Part shown: in pieces, positions 1 to 9,894 of the stretch
Numbering within the stretch: the first letter of the stretch is position 1
How the letters are laid out: each line of letters begins with the position of its first letter
Assembly: GCA_050247635.1 (NCBI GenBank)
Contig: JBFWTW010000002.1
Coordinates: 1 to 37,846 of the forward strand
Length of the DNA: 37,846 nt
Direction of reading: 5' to 3'
Origin: Candidatus Dadabacteria bacterium
GTDB lineage: Bacteria; Desulfobacterota_D; UBA1144; Nemesobacterales; UBA2774
Notes under the pieces: generated by a model
What the model saw: the letters and a program-made list of their open reading frames with translations, nothing else
What the model was told of the DNA's origin: nothing
Database searches by the model: none
Translations under genes and position numbers: made by a program

Positions 1-632
1 TCATCGAATACGAGGGCACGAACGACGTCCACGCGAGATTCGTGGACCCGGCGTCGTACAAGTCCGACGACTCCGGGAGGCGTAAGCAGTGGGACCCGCC
101 CCCCGTGCCGATCCTGGAGCACAGCGCTCTCTTCAGGGTCATTCTCAGGAAGACGGGCATCACGAAGCAGGTCGGCATCGGCAACTTCGTAACGCCCGAC
201 ACGGCATACGGCCCCTATTCCGTCACGAAGCATAACCCGATGGAGCTCCTCGACAAGAACCCGCCGATATTCTTCGAACGGAACCTCCGCAACATGATCG
301 CGCTAACGAAAGCTAACGGGGTCGATATGGTCTTCGTCACGTGGGCCTGGTCGCCGTACTTGGGCGATTACGCCTCGACACCCCACTACCAGAGGGCCTT
401 TAGGGAAATGAACGAGGTCCTCGAAAAAGTCGCCGCGGAAAACGGCGTGCCGCTCTTCGACTTCGAGGCCGTAATGCCTGACGACAAAAAGTACTGGGGC
501 GACGGACGTCACGAAAACGAGCTCGGCGCCGAGATCAAGGGCGAGCTCTTCGCGAAGTTCCTCCACGAGAACGGGCTGATAAGAAAATCTTCCGGCTCCG
601 GGGAGGAAGCTCCTCAGGCTCCGCAGCCCTAG
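1..632 (+). CDS. SGNH/GDSL-type hydrolase family protein, C-terminal part (5' end lies outside the window)
   Basis: Frame 3 is open from the window edge (IEYEGTNDVHARFVDP...) to TAG at 630-632. The listed start at 42 is a GTG inside this open frame. The C-terminal DGRHENELG fits the D-x-x-H catalytic block of SGNH hydrolases. Codon usage matches the neighbours, and the gene sits next to polysaccharide genes. Confidence 0.55.
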   Translation, partial: IEYEGTNDVHARFVDPASYKSDDSGRRKQWDPPPVPILEHSALFRVILRKTGITKQVGIGNFVTPDTAYGPYSVTKHNPMELLDKNPPIFFERNLRNMIALTKANGVDMVFVTWAWSPYLGDYASTPHYQRAFREMNEVLEKVAAENGVPLFDFEAVMPDDKKYWGDGRHENELGAEIKGELFAKFLHENGLIRKSSGSGEEAPQAPQP

Positions 633-1939
633 CCGTGGTCCTTCTTAATGTAATACCCGAATATGCCGTAGGCCATTGTCGACTTAATCACGGCGAACCC
701 TAAAAATGCGAGAGCCGCGCCTTCGTAGGAATAAGGCGGGATGAGAACCAGCATGAGCCCGAGGTAGACGACGGTCGTGAATATCGAGAAGACCGTCCTC
801 ACCCCCGAGCGGCCCAAGGCGAGAAGCCCGGGGCTTATCCAGTACGTAAACCGTGTTATGAGCACTGCGACCGCGAGGATACGTAGGGTGTTCACGGCGG
901 GCAGGTATTCCTCGCCGAAAATGTATTTGACTATGGGCTCGGCGAGGACGACTATGACGACCGTCACTGGCACAATGATTTTAAGGAGGTTTTTCGTTGA
1001 GGCCTTGATGTACTTTTTGAACTCCGAAATCGCGCTTGCGCTCGTGAACCTCACGAGCTCGGGGAATATGGCCTCGTTTAGCGTATCGACGATGCGGTTC
1101 ACAATCCCCGACGCGGAATTGGCAACCCTGTAGAGCCCGACGGCCTCGTTCCCGGCCAGGTATCCGAGGAGCATCATGCCGAGGTACTTGTCGCTCCCCG
1201 TCTTGAGCGTCGCCATGAAGCTCGTGTTCCCAAGGAACCATCCTATCTCTTTCCATTCGCTCCTTATCAGGCCGAGGTCGGACATAAACCAGTTCCGGAG
1301 ACCCTTTTCTTTAAGCGTCCGGTCGACGAACGTGAGCCTTATGATAACGGTCACGAACTTCGAGATAACGAGTCCGTAGAGAGCCCCCATTATCCCCTTC
1401 CCGAGGAAGAGGAACGCGCTCACGAGTATAAGCTGGACGAAGTTTTCGAGCGTGTTCACGATGGCGATAATCCTGAACTTGTCGAACACGCGGAGTATGG
1501 CGTCGGACGTGAGCTTCGCCGTTTCGATGAAGAGGCTGAGCGCGAACACCCATATGTAGACGTAGGCGCCCGGCTCGTGGAGGACGTAGTCGCTTATCAG
1601 CTTCGCCGTCAGCACGGCGATTACGAACGATACGGCCCCGCTCCCGACGTCGAGAAAGTAGGAGAGCTTTATCATGGCGCGCGTCTTGTCCGCGTCATGC
1701 GCGCTCCAGTAGGTGCCGATGTACTTGACCGCCGTCTCCCATACGCGGACGTCGAAGAGCTGGTTCATCATGGCGATGTATGCGATGACGAGCTGGAGAA
1801 GCCCGAAGTCGGCGACGCCGAGAATCCTGACCATTATGACCGTCTGGAGCGCGGCGAACCCGCCGGCTGCGGCCTTGCCGCCGAAAAGATAGGTGGCGTT
1901 TAAAAAGAGTTTTCTCTGACTGCCCGAAGGTTTAGGCAT
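629..1939 (-). CDS. Wzx/MOP-type oligosaccharide (polysaccharide) flippase
   Basis: Long ORF made almost entirely of hydrophobic helices (e.g. GGFAALQTVIMVRILGVADFGLLQLVIAYIAMM), typical of polysaccharide biosynthesis/flippase proteins. The ATG at 1939 lies 2 nt after the upstream GT4 stop (TAA 1934-1932), so I prefer it over the GTG at 1969. Confidence 0.8.
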   Translation of the reverse strand: MPKPSGSQRKLFLNATYLFGGKAAAGGFAALQTVIMVRILGVADFGLLQLVIAYIAMMNQLFDVRVWETAVKYIGTYWSAHDADKTRAMIKLSYFLDVGSGAVSFVIAVLTAKLISDYVLHEPGAYVYIWVFALSLFIETAKLTSDAILRVFDKFRIIAIVNTLENFVQLILVSAFLFLGKGIMGALYGLVISKFVTVIIRLTFVDRTLKEKGLRNWFMSDLGLIRSEWKEIGWFLGNTSFMATLKTGSDKYLGMMLLGYLAGNEAVGLYRVANSASGIVNRIVDTLNEAIFPELVRFTSASAISEFKKYIKASTKNLLKIIVPVTVVIVVLAEPIVKYIFGEEYLPAVNTLRILAVAVLITRFTYWISPGLLALGRSGVRTVFSIFTTVVYLGLMLVLIPPYSYEGAALAFLGFAVIKSTMAYGIFGYYIKKDHG

Positions 1940-3134
1940 CCCGCGCCGCCCCCCGGTTTTCGACCGCACCCCTGATAGCCGAGGCGTAATTCTTAATCAT
2001 CCCCTTCATGGTGTGACGCCCCGAAACGCGGGCCCTCCCCTTCTCGCCCATCTCGCGGGCGAGCGTCGGGTCCCTGAGGAGTTTTAGCACTGCGTCTGAC
2101 ACGGCGCTTACGCTTTCGGGATCTACGAGGAAACCGGTGACGCCGTCCTCCACGGCTTCGACGGACCCGCCGTGATTCCCTGCAATGACCGGCTTGCCGC
2201 GCGCCGAGGCTTCGAGGAGCACATTCGGGAGCCCCTCTATCTTGTTGTTCCAGTACCTGTTCGGCATTATGAATGCGTCTGAAAGGTCGAAGTAGTCGAT
2301 AACATCCGCATGCCCCACGCCGCCCGTGAAGATCACCCTCCCGGAAACCCCCACGCTTTCGGCGAGCTCTTTGAAGTTCTGAGAGTACCTGCCGCCCCCG
2401 ACAATCATGTAATACGTATCCGGGAACTCTGCGAGAACGGCAGGAAGCGCCTTTATCACTGTATCCTGCCCCTTTCGCGGGAGCACCCTCGCGACCGTGA
2501 CAAGCACCTTCGCCCCGGGGGGTATTCCGTACTTTTGGCGGAGGGCTTCGACCTTCGCGGGGTCGGGGGCTTTACCAAGCATCTCATCCTCGACACCGTT
2601 ATATATCACCTTTATCTTCTCCGGCGGAACGCCCACGTCGCGAAGGAGCCCCTTCGTGCTTTCGCTTACCGCTATGACGAGCGGCGAGCCCCTGTAGAGC
2701 CTGGCCATGGGACGGCGCATGAGACGTTTCAAGGGATTATTCCCGAAAAAGCAGGTCGTTATTCCTGACCCTGCGACCCTCGCGATCGGGACGAACGGGC
2801 AGGAGGATAATAGACCGCCCGCCGCTTCAGCTTCTTCGGTTATGAAAAGGACGGCGTCCGGCCTTTCGGCGGCTACGGCTCGCGAGAGGTGAGAGCGTCC
2901 GAGCAGTATGTCGGCGAAGGGAAGAGCCTTCGCAAGCCCCGCGCCGAGCGAGGGAATCCTGGTAACCCTGACGCCGAGGCCGTGGTCGCCCTCGTGGGCG
3001 TTTTTTCCGTATCCCGGCGCGAGCACCGAGACCTCTAGCCCCGAGGCCAGGAGCCCGCTTGCGAGCTTTAACGACGTCGTAGCGAGCCCGCCCAGAAAGG
3101 GCGGGAATTCGTGCGTATATATAAGGACCTTCAT
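1932..3134 (-). CDS. GT4-family (GT-B fold) glycosyltransferase
   Basis: N-terminus MKVLIYTHEFPPFLGGLATTS. C-terminal nucleotide-sugar motif NKIEGLPNVLLEASARGKPVIAGNHGGSVEAVEDGVTGFLVDP. The internal ATG at 3134 is chosen; the 34 upstream codons of the listed ORF look non-homologous. Confidence 0.9.
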   Translation of the reverse strand: MKVLIYTHEFPPFLGGLATTSLKLASGLLASGLEVSVLAPGYGKNAHEGDHGLGVRVTRIPSLGAGLAKALPFADILLGRSHLSRAVAAERPDAVLFITEEAEAAGGLLSSCPFVPIARVAGSGITTCFFGNNPLKRLMRRPMARLYRGSPLVIAVSESTKGLLRDVGVPPEKIKVIYNGVEDEMLGKAPDPAKVEALRQKYGIPPGAKVLVTVARVLPRKGQDTVIKALPAVLAEFPDTYYMIVGGGRYSQNFKELAESVGVSGRVIFTGGVGHADVIDYFDLSDAFIMPNRYWNNKIEGLPNVLLEASARGKPVIAGNHGGSVEAVEDGVTGFLVDPESVSAVSDAVLKLLRDPTLAREMGEKGRARVSGRHTMKGMIKNYASAIRGAVENRGAARDA

Positions 3135-3322
3135 GCGTTGGAGCCGCGTCTCGGGCGCCGCTGTCCCGCCGTCCTCCCCCGGCGGCCCGGATTGCGCTTC
3201 ACTGTATAATACACTATATTCATAGCTGAATTTCACGGCTGATTCCGATACCCTTTAACGCCCTGATAAGGTAACAGACATCCGCGATTCGGTTCGCCGG
3301 ACGCGGAAGTCGGGAGAGACAG

Positions 3323-3571
3323 ATGGACGAGCTCGAAATGGAACTCTTGAAGCAGATGTGCACTGGCGGCGCGGGCCAGGGAAATACCAATACCGAAAAG
3401 CTCACCCGAAAGATCGTCGAGTCGAACCCCGATCTCAATTATACGGAAACGAAGATAAAGGTAGTCGAGACCTTAAAAGACCTTCGGGACAAGGGACACA
3501 TACAGATAATCACCATCAACTGGGAGCTCGGGGACGAGTTCCTCTACATCTGCACGAACATTATCGAATAA
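3323..3571 (+). CDS. Small hypothetical protein (82 aa), possibly winged-helix-like
   Basis: ATG preceded by GGGAGAG. Host-like codon usage (ATA, AAG, CTC). I recognise no family. The overlapping 3358-3630 frame is R/G-rich and looks spurious. Confidence 0.5.
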   Translation: MDELEMELLKQMCTGGAGQGNTNTEKLTRKIVESNPDLNYTETKIKVVETLKDLRDKGHIQIITINWELGDEFLYICTNIIE

Positions 3572-3629
3572 GCGCCGCGCGGTTTCGGGCCCGGGCCGTT
3601 TGTAAATCAGTTAACCTTCTTGAGCAATA

Positions 3630-3956
3630 ATGACAGCACTCGATTACATCAGGATTATAGAGCTTTCGGACGTAGAGCCCGATAACAAGGGCGTTCTCGA
3701 AGTCACTTTCGCCATCGAATTTTCGGACGACAGGGAATTCAGCGAGTCGAAGTCGGGGGTCATCACCTTTAAAATGTCGGACGTCATCGACACTTCGGGC
3801 CTCGGTCATGATGACGTACGCAAGATCGCTGTCGGCCTAGTCAGCGAGATATTCGTCAGGGAAAAAGACGAGGACGGCTTCATAGACATTTATCACATAG
3901 AGGGCCTCCCGCTCGCCGAATGGCTCCTCGCCAACACCCCCTATTTAAACCAGTAG
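3630..3956 (+). CDS. Small acidic hypothetical protein (108 aa)
   Basis: Clean ORF with host-like codon usage, rich in D/E. I recognise no family. The antisense ORF 3561-3809 is rejected. Confidence 0.5.
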   Translation: MTALDYIRIIELSDVEPDNKGVLEVTFAIEFSDDREFSESKSGVITFKMSDVIDTSGLGHDDVRKIAVGLVSEIFVREKDEDGFIDIYHIEGLPLAEWLLANTPYLNQ

Positions 3957-4278
3957 GCTTAACCGCTCACCTTACGGGCCGGCCGGGCCGGTGATTAGAA
4001 AAACACATCCCGCCGGACCTTCAGACGCCCCTCCGATTTCTTTAAGAATATCCCGCAACCCACCGGAATGCGTCTCTTTTATAAATTTCGGGATAGCACT
4101 TAATCCCTCTTTAATATCCAAACGCATTCGTGTATAATCAGTCGAGTGGTTTAAGTAATTTACTTAGTTCTTTGACAACCAGAACCTAGAAGCACATCCG
4201 GTCTACCGGTGTCCGGTTCGGCATGGACCAGCCCGGTATGGATCAAAATAGTTTTTGTCTCTCTAGGAGGTAAAAGGC

Positions 4279-6945
4279 ATGGCGATTAGGTATTCCCTGG
4301 TGGTTCTTTTTGTATTTCTCCTTCCCGTAACTGCTTTCACAGCGAGCAAATACACTGTAAAAAAAGGAGACAACCTTTACGACCTGGCATTAAAATTCGG
4401 CGTAACCGTACAAGACCTGAAATCCGTCAATGATTTGAAAAACAACAGATTGGATATAGGCGACGTTTTGACTGTCCCTAATTCGGGCGGCGCAGCCGAA
4501 ACAAGAAGCAATGCAGAGGATGGCAGCACTAATAAAGAGTACGTGGTAAAGAAGGGCGACACCCTGGGCGAAATAGCCGGAAAACACGGCGTATCGACAG
4601 CGGCTTTACAGAGCGAAAACGGATTAAGCAGCACCAAACTACAAATAGGGCAAAAACTTTCAATCCCCTCCGGAAATAATCGAAGCGTAAAAAGCGTCAA
4701 GGCAGGGCCATCGACGGGCGAAGTGTCTCAAGCGCCTGTAAAGGCCCCGGCCCCTGCAGTCCCCTCGACCCACACGGTCAAAAGCGGCGACACGCTCGGC
4801 CATATAGCGGCGAAATACGGAATGTCGAGCCGCGAGATCAAGGCCGAAAACGGGCTTAAATCCGACAGGATAAGCGTCGGACAAACTTTGAAGATCCCGG
4901 GCGGCGCGCCTGTGGCGAAGGCCCCCGAGGCCGCGCCTGCCGAGGCAAAAACCGCCGAAGCCCCTGTTAAAAAAGCGCCCGCCGGCGGAACTTACATAGT
5001 CCGGAAAGGCGACACACCGGGCGGAATTGCCGAGAAGCTCGGCGTAAGCACCAGCGACTTAGTAAAACTAAACGACATCGACAGCAAGAGCCTCCAGATA
5101 GGCCAGAAGCTGACGATCCCCGGCTCGGAAGGGGCAGTCATGGCTGCCGCTGAAACGGCCCCAGTCCCTGTGAAGGCAGAAGAAGCCGAGGCCGAAAAGC
5201 CCGCGGCGGAGCCTGTAAAACCCGCAGCTTCTTCCATAACCTACTACACTGTTTCGAAGGGCGACACGCCTGGCGGAATCGCAGAGAAGCTTGGTGTCAG
5301 GACCAAGGACCTCATCGAGCTAAACAGCATAGACAGCAGGAGCCTCCGCATAGGGCAAAAGCTTATAGTGCCCGGATCGGTGAAACCAGCCGAAGCAGTC
5401 AAGACAGCTAGCGTGGACGAAAAGCCCGCGGCCTCCGCCGACAGCACACCCGAAGTCCCCGACGTATACACGGTGCGTAAGGGCGACACGCTCGGCGGAA
5501 TCGGCGGCAGGTTCGGCGTCTCGGTAAGCCAGCTCAAAAAGATGAACGGGCTTAAGAGCAATAATCTCAGTATCGGGCAGAAGCTGGCCCTCACGACGGC
5601 ATCGTCCGCGAAGTCCGAAATGCCGGACCCGGCGGTCGCCGACAAATTCAACGGCAGCTACAGGGTTGCGAAAGGCGATACGCTCGGCCGGCTCGCTATC
5701 GAATACGGCGTATCGCAGAGCGAGCTCAAGCAGGCGAACGGCCTTAAGAGCAGCAACATAAGGATCGGCCAGGTGCTGAAGGTTCCCGGCCCGGTAAAGA
5801 AGGACGTAGTAGTCGTGGCCGAGCCGGCGGCCGCCGTGGCCGAAGCGGTTTCCCCCCAGGCCCCGGAAGAATCCGCCTCCACAGAGGTATACATAAAGAA
5901 AAGATACGTAGTTAAGGAAGGCGACACCCTCAGCGGCATAGCGGCCAGTTTCGGAGTCACCACCGACGAGATCAAAAAGGCCAGCGCCTTAAAGTCGGAC
6001 CAGATCGGCAAGGGCAACATACTCCTGATCCCCGTGCCGCAGGAAAAGGTTACGTCGTCCCGCTACACAGTGGCCAGGGGCGACACACTCGGCAGGATAG
6101 CGAGCAAGTTCGGGGTTTCGGTGAGCGAGCTCAAGAAGGCAAACGGCCTTAGGGGCAACACCCTGAGGGCCGGTGCCAGGCTCAACATTCCGGGCATCAC
6201 GGAAACCCCGGAGGCCGAGCCCGCGCTCGAGGTGGGCACGAAGGTGATCGCGACGGCCAGCCCGAGGCGTGAATACGTAGTCGAAAAGGGCGACACGCTA
6301 GCGAGCGTCGCGGCCAAGTACGGCATCACGATAACCGCGCTCAAAACCGAGAATAACATCAAGGGCAGTACGATAAACGCGGGACAGGTGCTCCACATCC
6401 CGACCATCCCCGGGCAGGACAGCGCCTACGTCGCGGTTGCCGACAAGAGCACAATTCAACCCGCCGGCAAGGGTGCCTCCAGGGCATCCGACGACGAAGT
6501 AAGAAACGGAAGATTCTCGAAGGAGAGCATAATACAGGTGGCGAAGAAATATCTCGGTGCGCCGTACAAATTCGGCGGCAACGATTTCATCACTGGCATA
6601 GACTGCTCTGGCTACGTCAAAAAGGTTTTCAGCAGGTTTAACGTCAACCTCCCCCGTACGGCGAGGGACATATACTACAGGTCCGGAAAGAGCGTTAAGA
6701 AAGACGAGCTCGACACCGGCGACCTCGTGTTCTTTATCACGTACGCGAAATACCCCTCGCACGTCGGCATCTACATGGGGAACGACGAATTCATCCATGC
6801 GTCGTCCGCGTCCCGCAAGGTGACGATAGACAACATCAACAAGCAGTACTACAGAAAAAGATACATCGGCGCGAAGAGGGTTCAGCTTTCCGGGCTCTTC
6901 TACGACGAGATGAGCAAAGGGTACGGCGGATTCGATAAGAACTGA
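4279..6945 (+). CDS. Secreted peptidoglycan hydrolase: signal peptide, 10 LysM domains and a C-terminal NlpC/P60 cysteine peptidase
   Basis: Strong RBS (AGGAGGTAAAAGGC before the ATG). The N-terminal hydrophobic segment LVVLFVFLLPVTAFTA looks like a signal peptide. Ten Y-x-V-x-x-GD-T-L...G-L...L-x-x-GQ-x-L-x-I-P modules are separated by A/P/E/K linkers. The C-terminus has GIDCSGYVKKVF ... PSHVGIYMGNDEFIHAS, the Cys/His catalytic pattern of NlpC/P60. Confidence 0.95.
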   Translation: MAIRYSLVVLFVFLLPVTAFTASKYTVKKGDNLYDLALKFGVTVQDLKSVNDLKNNRLDIGDVLTVPNSGGAAETRSNAEDGSTNKEYVVKKGDTLGEIAGKHGVSTAALQSENGLSSTKLQIGQKLSIPSGNNRSVKSVKAGPSTGEVSQAPVKAPAPAVPSTHTVKSGDTLGHIAAKYGMSSREIKAENGLKSDRISVGQTLKIPGGAPVAKAPEAAPAEAKTAEAPVKKAPAGGTYIVRKGDTPGGIAEKLGVSTSDLVKLNDIDSKSLQIGQKLTIPGSEGAVMAAAETAPVPVKAEEAEAEKPAAEPVKPAASSITYYTVSKGDTPGGIAEKLGVRTKDLIELNSIDSRSLRIGQKLIVPGSVKPAEAVKTASVDEKPAASADSTPEVPDVYTVRKGDTLGGIGGRFGVSVSQLKKMNGLKSNNLSIGQKLALTTASSAKSEMPDPAVADKFNGSYRVAKGDTLGRLAIEYGVSQSELKQANGLKSSNIRIGQVLKVPGPVKKDVVVVAEPAAAVAEAVSPQAPEESASTEVYIKKRYVVKEGDTLSGIAASFGVTTDEIKKASALKSDQIGKGNILLIPVPQEKVTSSRYTVARGDTLGRIASKFGVSVSELKKANGLRGNTLRAGARLNIPGITETPEAEPALEVGTKVIATASPRREYVVEKGDTLASVAAKYGITITALKTENNIKGSTINAGQVLHIPTIPGQDSAYVAVADKSTIQPAGKGASRASDDEVRNGRFSKESIIQVAKKYLGAPYKFGGNDFITGIDCSGYVKKVFSRFNVNLPRTARDIYYRSGKSVKKDELDTGDLVFFITYAKYPSHVGIYMGNDEFIHASSASRKVTIDNINKQYYRKRYIGAKRVQLSGLFYDEMSKGYGGFDKN
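4351..6402 (+). repeat. Intragenic array of 10 tandem LysM-coding modules
   Basis: The GD-core motifs run KKGDNLYD, KKGDTLGE, KSGDTLGH, RKGDTPGG, SKGDTPGG, RKGDTLGG, AKGDTLGR, KEGDTLSG, ARGDTLGR, EKGDTLAS. Modules 4 and 5 (from about 4993 and 5245) are the most similar pair at both protein and DNA level. Confidence 0.9.
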
Positions 6946-7092
6946 CGCCTCCCGGCCCGCCGGGCCGCTCCCGAATCCGGGATGCTCCACGCGGCCCGCT
7001 CCGCCGCTCCGGCGATTCCAGCAAATTACAGGACGGCAAAGTCCGTCCATTGAAAGACCGGACCCGGTGATTATATTAATGTGAACTGCGCC

Positions 7093-7989
7093 ATGGACCA
7101 TTATCTGGACAGCTTCAGGGAATTTCTCCTCTCCGAAAGAAATTACTCCCCACACACCGTCAAGGCCTACATGACCGACGTCGGCGAATTCGTCGGCGTC
7201 GCCAGGCAGAAGAAGCTCATCCCCGGTGAGGGCGAGGAATTCGACGTCAGGACACTCGACGAAGCCCCTGTAAGGGCCTATATAGGCTGGCTTTATACGA
7301 GAAACAAGAAGGTATCGATTTCGAGAAAGCTCTCTTCCGTAAGGGCGTTCTTCGAGTTTTTGATGAAGACCGGCGCGGTGAAATTAAACCTCGCCAAGCT
7401 CGTCCCGACGCCTCGGGGCGAAAAGAGGCTCCCGTCGTTTCTCACGGTCGACGAGGTCGTAAAGCTCCTCGATACGGTGTCGGGAGACAGCGCCCTTGAC
7501 GCCAGGGACAGCGCCATACTGGAGCTCCTGTATTCGAGCGGCCTCAGGGTAAGCGAGCTCGCCGGGTCCGACGTCGGGGATGTTGACCTCGCCGGCATGA
7601 CGGTTAAAGTCCTCGGCAAGGGAAGAAAGGAAAGGCAGGTGCCGATAGGCTCCCGGGCGGCGGAGGCCGTAAAGAAATACCTCGCCCACAGGCTCGACAT
7701 GAAGCCCGGGGGCGATCAGCTTTTCGTCAATTCTAGGGGCGGGAGGCTCACCGTAAGAAGTGTGGACAGGATAATAAAGAAGCGCGCGATAGCGGCAGGC
7801 ATCCCCAAGAACATAAGCCCGCACGTCCTCAGGCACTCGTTCGCAACCCATCTTTTGGGTGGCGGCGCGGACCTCCGGGCGATCCAGGAAATGCTCGGAC
7901 ACGCGAGCCTTTCCACGACTCAAAGGTATACTCATACCTCGATAGAAAAATTAATGGAGATATACGACAAAACTCATCCCAGAGCATAA
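7093..7989 (+). CDS. xerC: Tyrosine site-specific recombinase XerC/XerD family
   Basis: N-terminus [30 protein letters not shown] (SAM-like core-binding domain). C-terminus [38 protein letters not shown] (R-H-R-Y catalytic domain). It shows the classic xerC-hslV-hslU synteny. An alternative GTG start lies at 7081. Confidence 0.88.
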   Translation: MDHYLDSFREFLLSERNYSPHTVKAYMTDVGEFVGVARQKKLIPGEGEEFDVRTLDEAPVRAYIGWLYTRNKKVSISRKLSSVRAFFEFLMKTGAVKLNLAKLVPTPRGEKRLPSFLTVDEVVKLLDTVSGDSALDARDSAILELLYSSGLRVSELAGSDVGDVDLAGMTVKVLGKGRKERQVPIGSRAAEAVKKYLAHRLDMKPGGDQLFVNSRGGRLTVRSVDRIIKKRAIAAGIPKNISPHVLRHSFATHLLGGGADLRAIQEMLGHASLSTTQRYTHTSIEKLMEIYDKTHPRA

Positions 7990-7991
7990 AC

Positions 7992-8525
7992 ATGGAACAA
8001 TTTCACGGAACGACAATAGTATGCGTAAAGATTAAGGACGGCGTCGCGATGGCCGGGGACGGCCAGGTAACGCTCGGGCACTCCGCTGTAAAGCACTCCG
8101 CAAAGAAGGTGAGGAAGATATTCGAGGGCAAGGTGCTCGTAGGCTTCGCGGGGGCCACGGCGGACGCCATGACCCTCTTCGACAAGTTCGAGGCGAAGCT
8201 CGAAGAGTACAGGGGGAACCTCCGCCGCGCGGCTGTTGAGCTCGCAAGGGACTGGCGGACGGACCGCATCCTCCGGAGGCTGGAAGCGCTCCTCGCGGTG
8301 GCCGACAAGGACAGCATGTTTCTCATCTCCGGAAGCGGCGACGTGCTGGAGCCCGACGACAACGTAGTAGCCGTAGGCTCGGGCGGCACGTTCGCACAGG
8401 CCGCGGCCAAGGCGCTCAGCAGGTTCTCGGACCTTTCCGCAAGGCAGGTAGCCGAGGAATCCCTCAAGATAGCGTCCGAAATATGCATTTATACCAACGA
8501 TAAAATCACGGTAGAGGAACTTTGA
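7992..8525 (+). CDS. hslV: ATP-dependent protease subunit HslV
   Basis: [27 protein letters not shown] carries the N-terminal Thr nucleophile context. The gene lies directly upstream of hslU and 2 nt after the xerC stop. Confidence 0.95.
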   Translation: MEQFHGTTIVCVKIKDGVAMAGDGQVTLGHSAVKHSAKKVRKIFEGKVLVGFAGATADAMTLFDKFEAKLEEYRGNLRRAAVELARDWRTDRILRRLEALLAVADKDSMFLISGSGDVLEPDDNVVAVGSGGTFAQAAAKALSRFSDLSARQVAEESLKIASEICIYTNDKITVEEL

Positions 8526-8529
8526 CAAT

Positions 8530-9888
8530 ATGAGCAATGAAACGTTTTTTACACCGAGAGAGATAGTCTCGGAGCTCGACAGATATATCATAGGCCAGAA
8601 CAAGGCCAAGCGCGCCGTATCGATCGCGCTCAGGAACCGCTGGCGCCGCCAGCGCGTCTCCCCCGAGCTCAAGGACGAGATAGCGCCGAAGAACATACTC
8701 ATGATAGGGCCGACGGGCGTCGGAAAGACCGAGATAGCGAGGAGGCTCGCCAAGCTCGCGCAGGCCCCGTTCCTTAAGGTAGAGGCCTCGAAGTTCACCG
8801 AGGTCGGCTACGTCGGAAGGGACGTCGAATCGATGATAAGGGACCTCACCGACATCGCCATCAAGATGGTGACCGACGAGGAGAAACAGACCGTACGCAC
8901 GAGGGCCGAGGACCTGGCCGAGGAAAGGATGCTCGACCTGCTCTTCCCCGCGCCGCAAACCCCGCAGGCCCATCAGCCCGGCTCGCCCGAGCCTGTGCAG
9001 ACGGAGGCCAGCAGCGAAACCCGCGAGAAGCTGAGAAAGCTCCTCCGCGAAGGCAAGCTCGACGAAAGGTACGTGGACATCGAGGTCACGTCGAAGAACT
9101 TCCCCATACAGGTGTTCTCGCCGTCCGGCCTCGAAGAGATGGACGTCAACATATCCGACATGCTCGGGAACCTCTTCCCCAAAAAGACCAAGAAGCGTAA
9201 GGTCCGCGTCCCCGACGCTATGGAAGTGCTCATTCAGGAAGAGGCGCAGAAGCTCATAGACATGGACAACGTCATAAAGAAATCCATCGAGAGGGTCGAG
9301 CAGTCGGGGATAATCTTCATCGACGAGATAGACAAGGTCGCGGGCCGCGAAAGCTCGGCCGGGCCCGACGTATCGAGAGAGGGCGTCCAGCGTGACCTCC
9401 TTCCCATTATCGAAGGCTGCACGGTCAACACGAAGCACGGCATGGTGAAGACGGATCATATTCTCTTCATCGGCGCGGGGGCGTTTCATGTCTCGAAGCC
9501 GTCCGACCTCATTCCCGAGCTCCAGGGCAGGTTCCCGATTAGGGTAGAGCTTGAGCCGCTGACAACGGAAGACTTCATCATGATCCTGACACAGCCGCGG
9601 AACGCGCTCATAAAACAGTATGTAGAGCTTCTCAACACGGAGAACATAGACCTCATCTTCTCTGAGGATGCGATAAGGGAGATCGCCGAGACTGCCCACA
9701 CCGTAAACGAATCCATGGAGAACATCGGCGCGCGAAGACTCCACACCATAATGGAGCGGATGCTCGACGAGATATCGTTCAACGCACCCGACATGGGGCA
9801 CGAAAAGATTACGATCGACGCGAATTACGTTAAGGAGAAGATAGCGGACATCGTAAAGGACAGGGACCTCAGCAGGTACATACTCTAG
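8530..9888 (+). CDS. hslU: ATP-dependent protease ATPase subunit HslU
   Basis: [33 protein letters not shown]. Walker A is [15 protein letters not shown] and Walker B is [11 protein letters not shown]-terminus [21 protein letters not shown]. Confidence 0.97.
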   Translation: MSNETFFTPREIVSELDRYIIGQNKAKRAVSIALRNRWRRQRVSPELKDEIAPKNILMIGPTGVGKTEIARRLAKLAQAPFLKVEASKFTEVGYVGRDVESMIRDLTDIAIKMVTDEEKQTVRTRAEDLAEERMLDLLFPAPQTPQAHQPGSPEPVQTEASSETREKLRKLLREGKLDERYVDIEVTSKNFPIQVFSPSGLEEMDVNISDMLGNLFPKKTKKRKVRVPDAMEVLIQEEAQKLIDMDNVIKKSIERVEQSGIIFIDEIDKVAGRESSAGPDVSREGVQRDLLPIIEGCTVNTKHGMVKTDHILFIGAGAFHVSKPSDLIPELQGRFPIRVELEPLTTEDFIMILTQPRNALIKQYVELLNTENIDLIFSEDAIREIAETAHTVNESMENIGARRLHTIMERMLDEISFNAPDMGHEKITIDANYVKEKIADIVKDRDLSRYIL

Positions 9889-9894
9889 GCGCCG

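Noticed and set aside
629-632. The convergent SGNH hydrolase and flippase genes share a CTAG tetranucleotide that provides both stop codons.
   Set aside because: This is real but trivial tail-to-tail packing, with no functional implication that I can support.
4139-4278. Possible c-di-AMP (ydaO-type) riboswitch in the leader of the NlpC/P60 gene, since that riboswitch often controls wall hydrolases.
   Set aside because: I could not find the conserved pseudo-symmetric ACGGGG / GAAUC-type core elements in the leader. A covariance-model scan would be needed to be certain.
8506-9801. Very long antisense ORFs opposite well-supported genes. Examples: 8506-9801 vs hslU, 30311-31993 and 29150-30235 vs secA, 25719-26912 vs smc, 10905-11516 vs argB, 11495-12217 vs argD, 13329-13865 vs argF, 17301-18263 vs cofH, and 36763-37761 vs the SLT gene.
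   Set aside because: Each of these is in the codon-aligned mirror frame of the sense gene (I checked the coordinate arithmetic for each). Stops in that frame require sense codons TTA, CTA or TCA, which this genome largely avoids. The translations are R/G/P/L/V-rich with no family resemblance and no RBS. They are compositional shadows, not overlapping genes.
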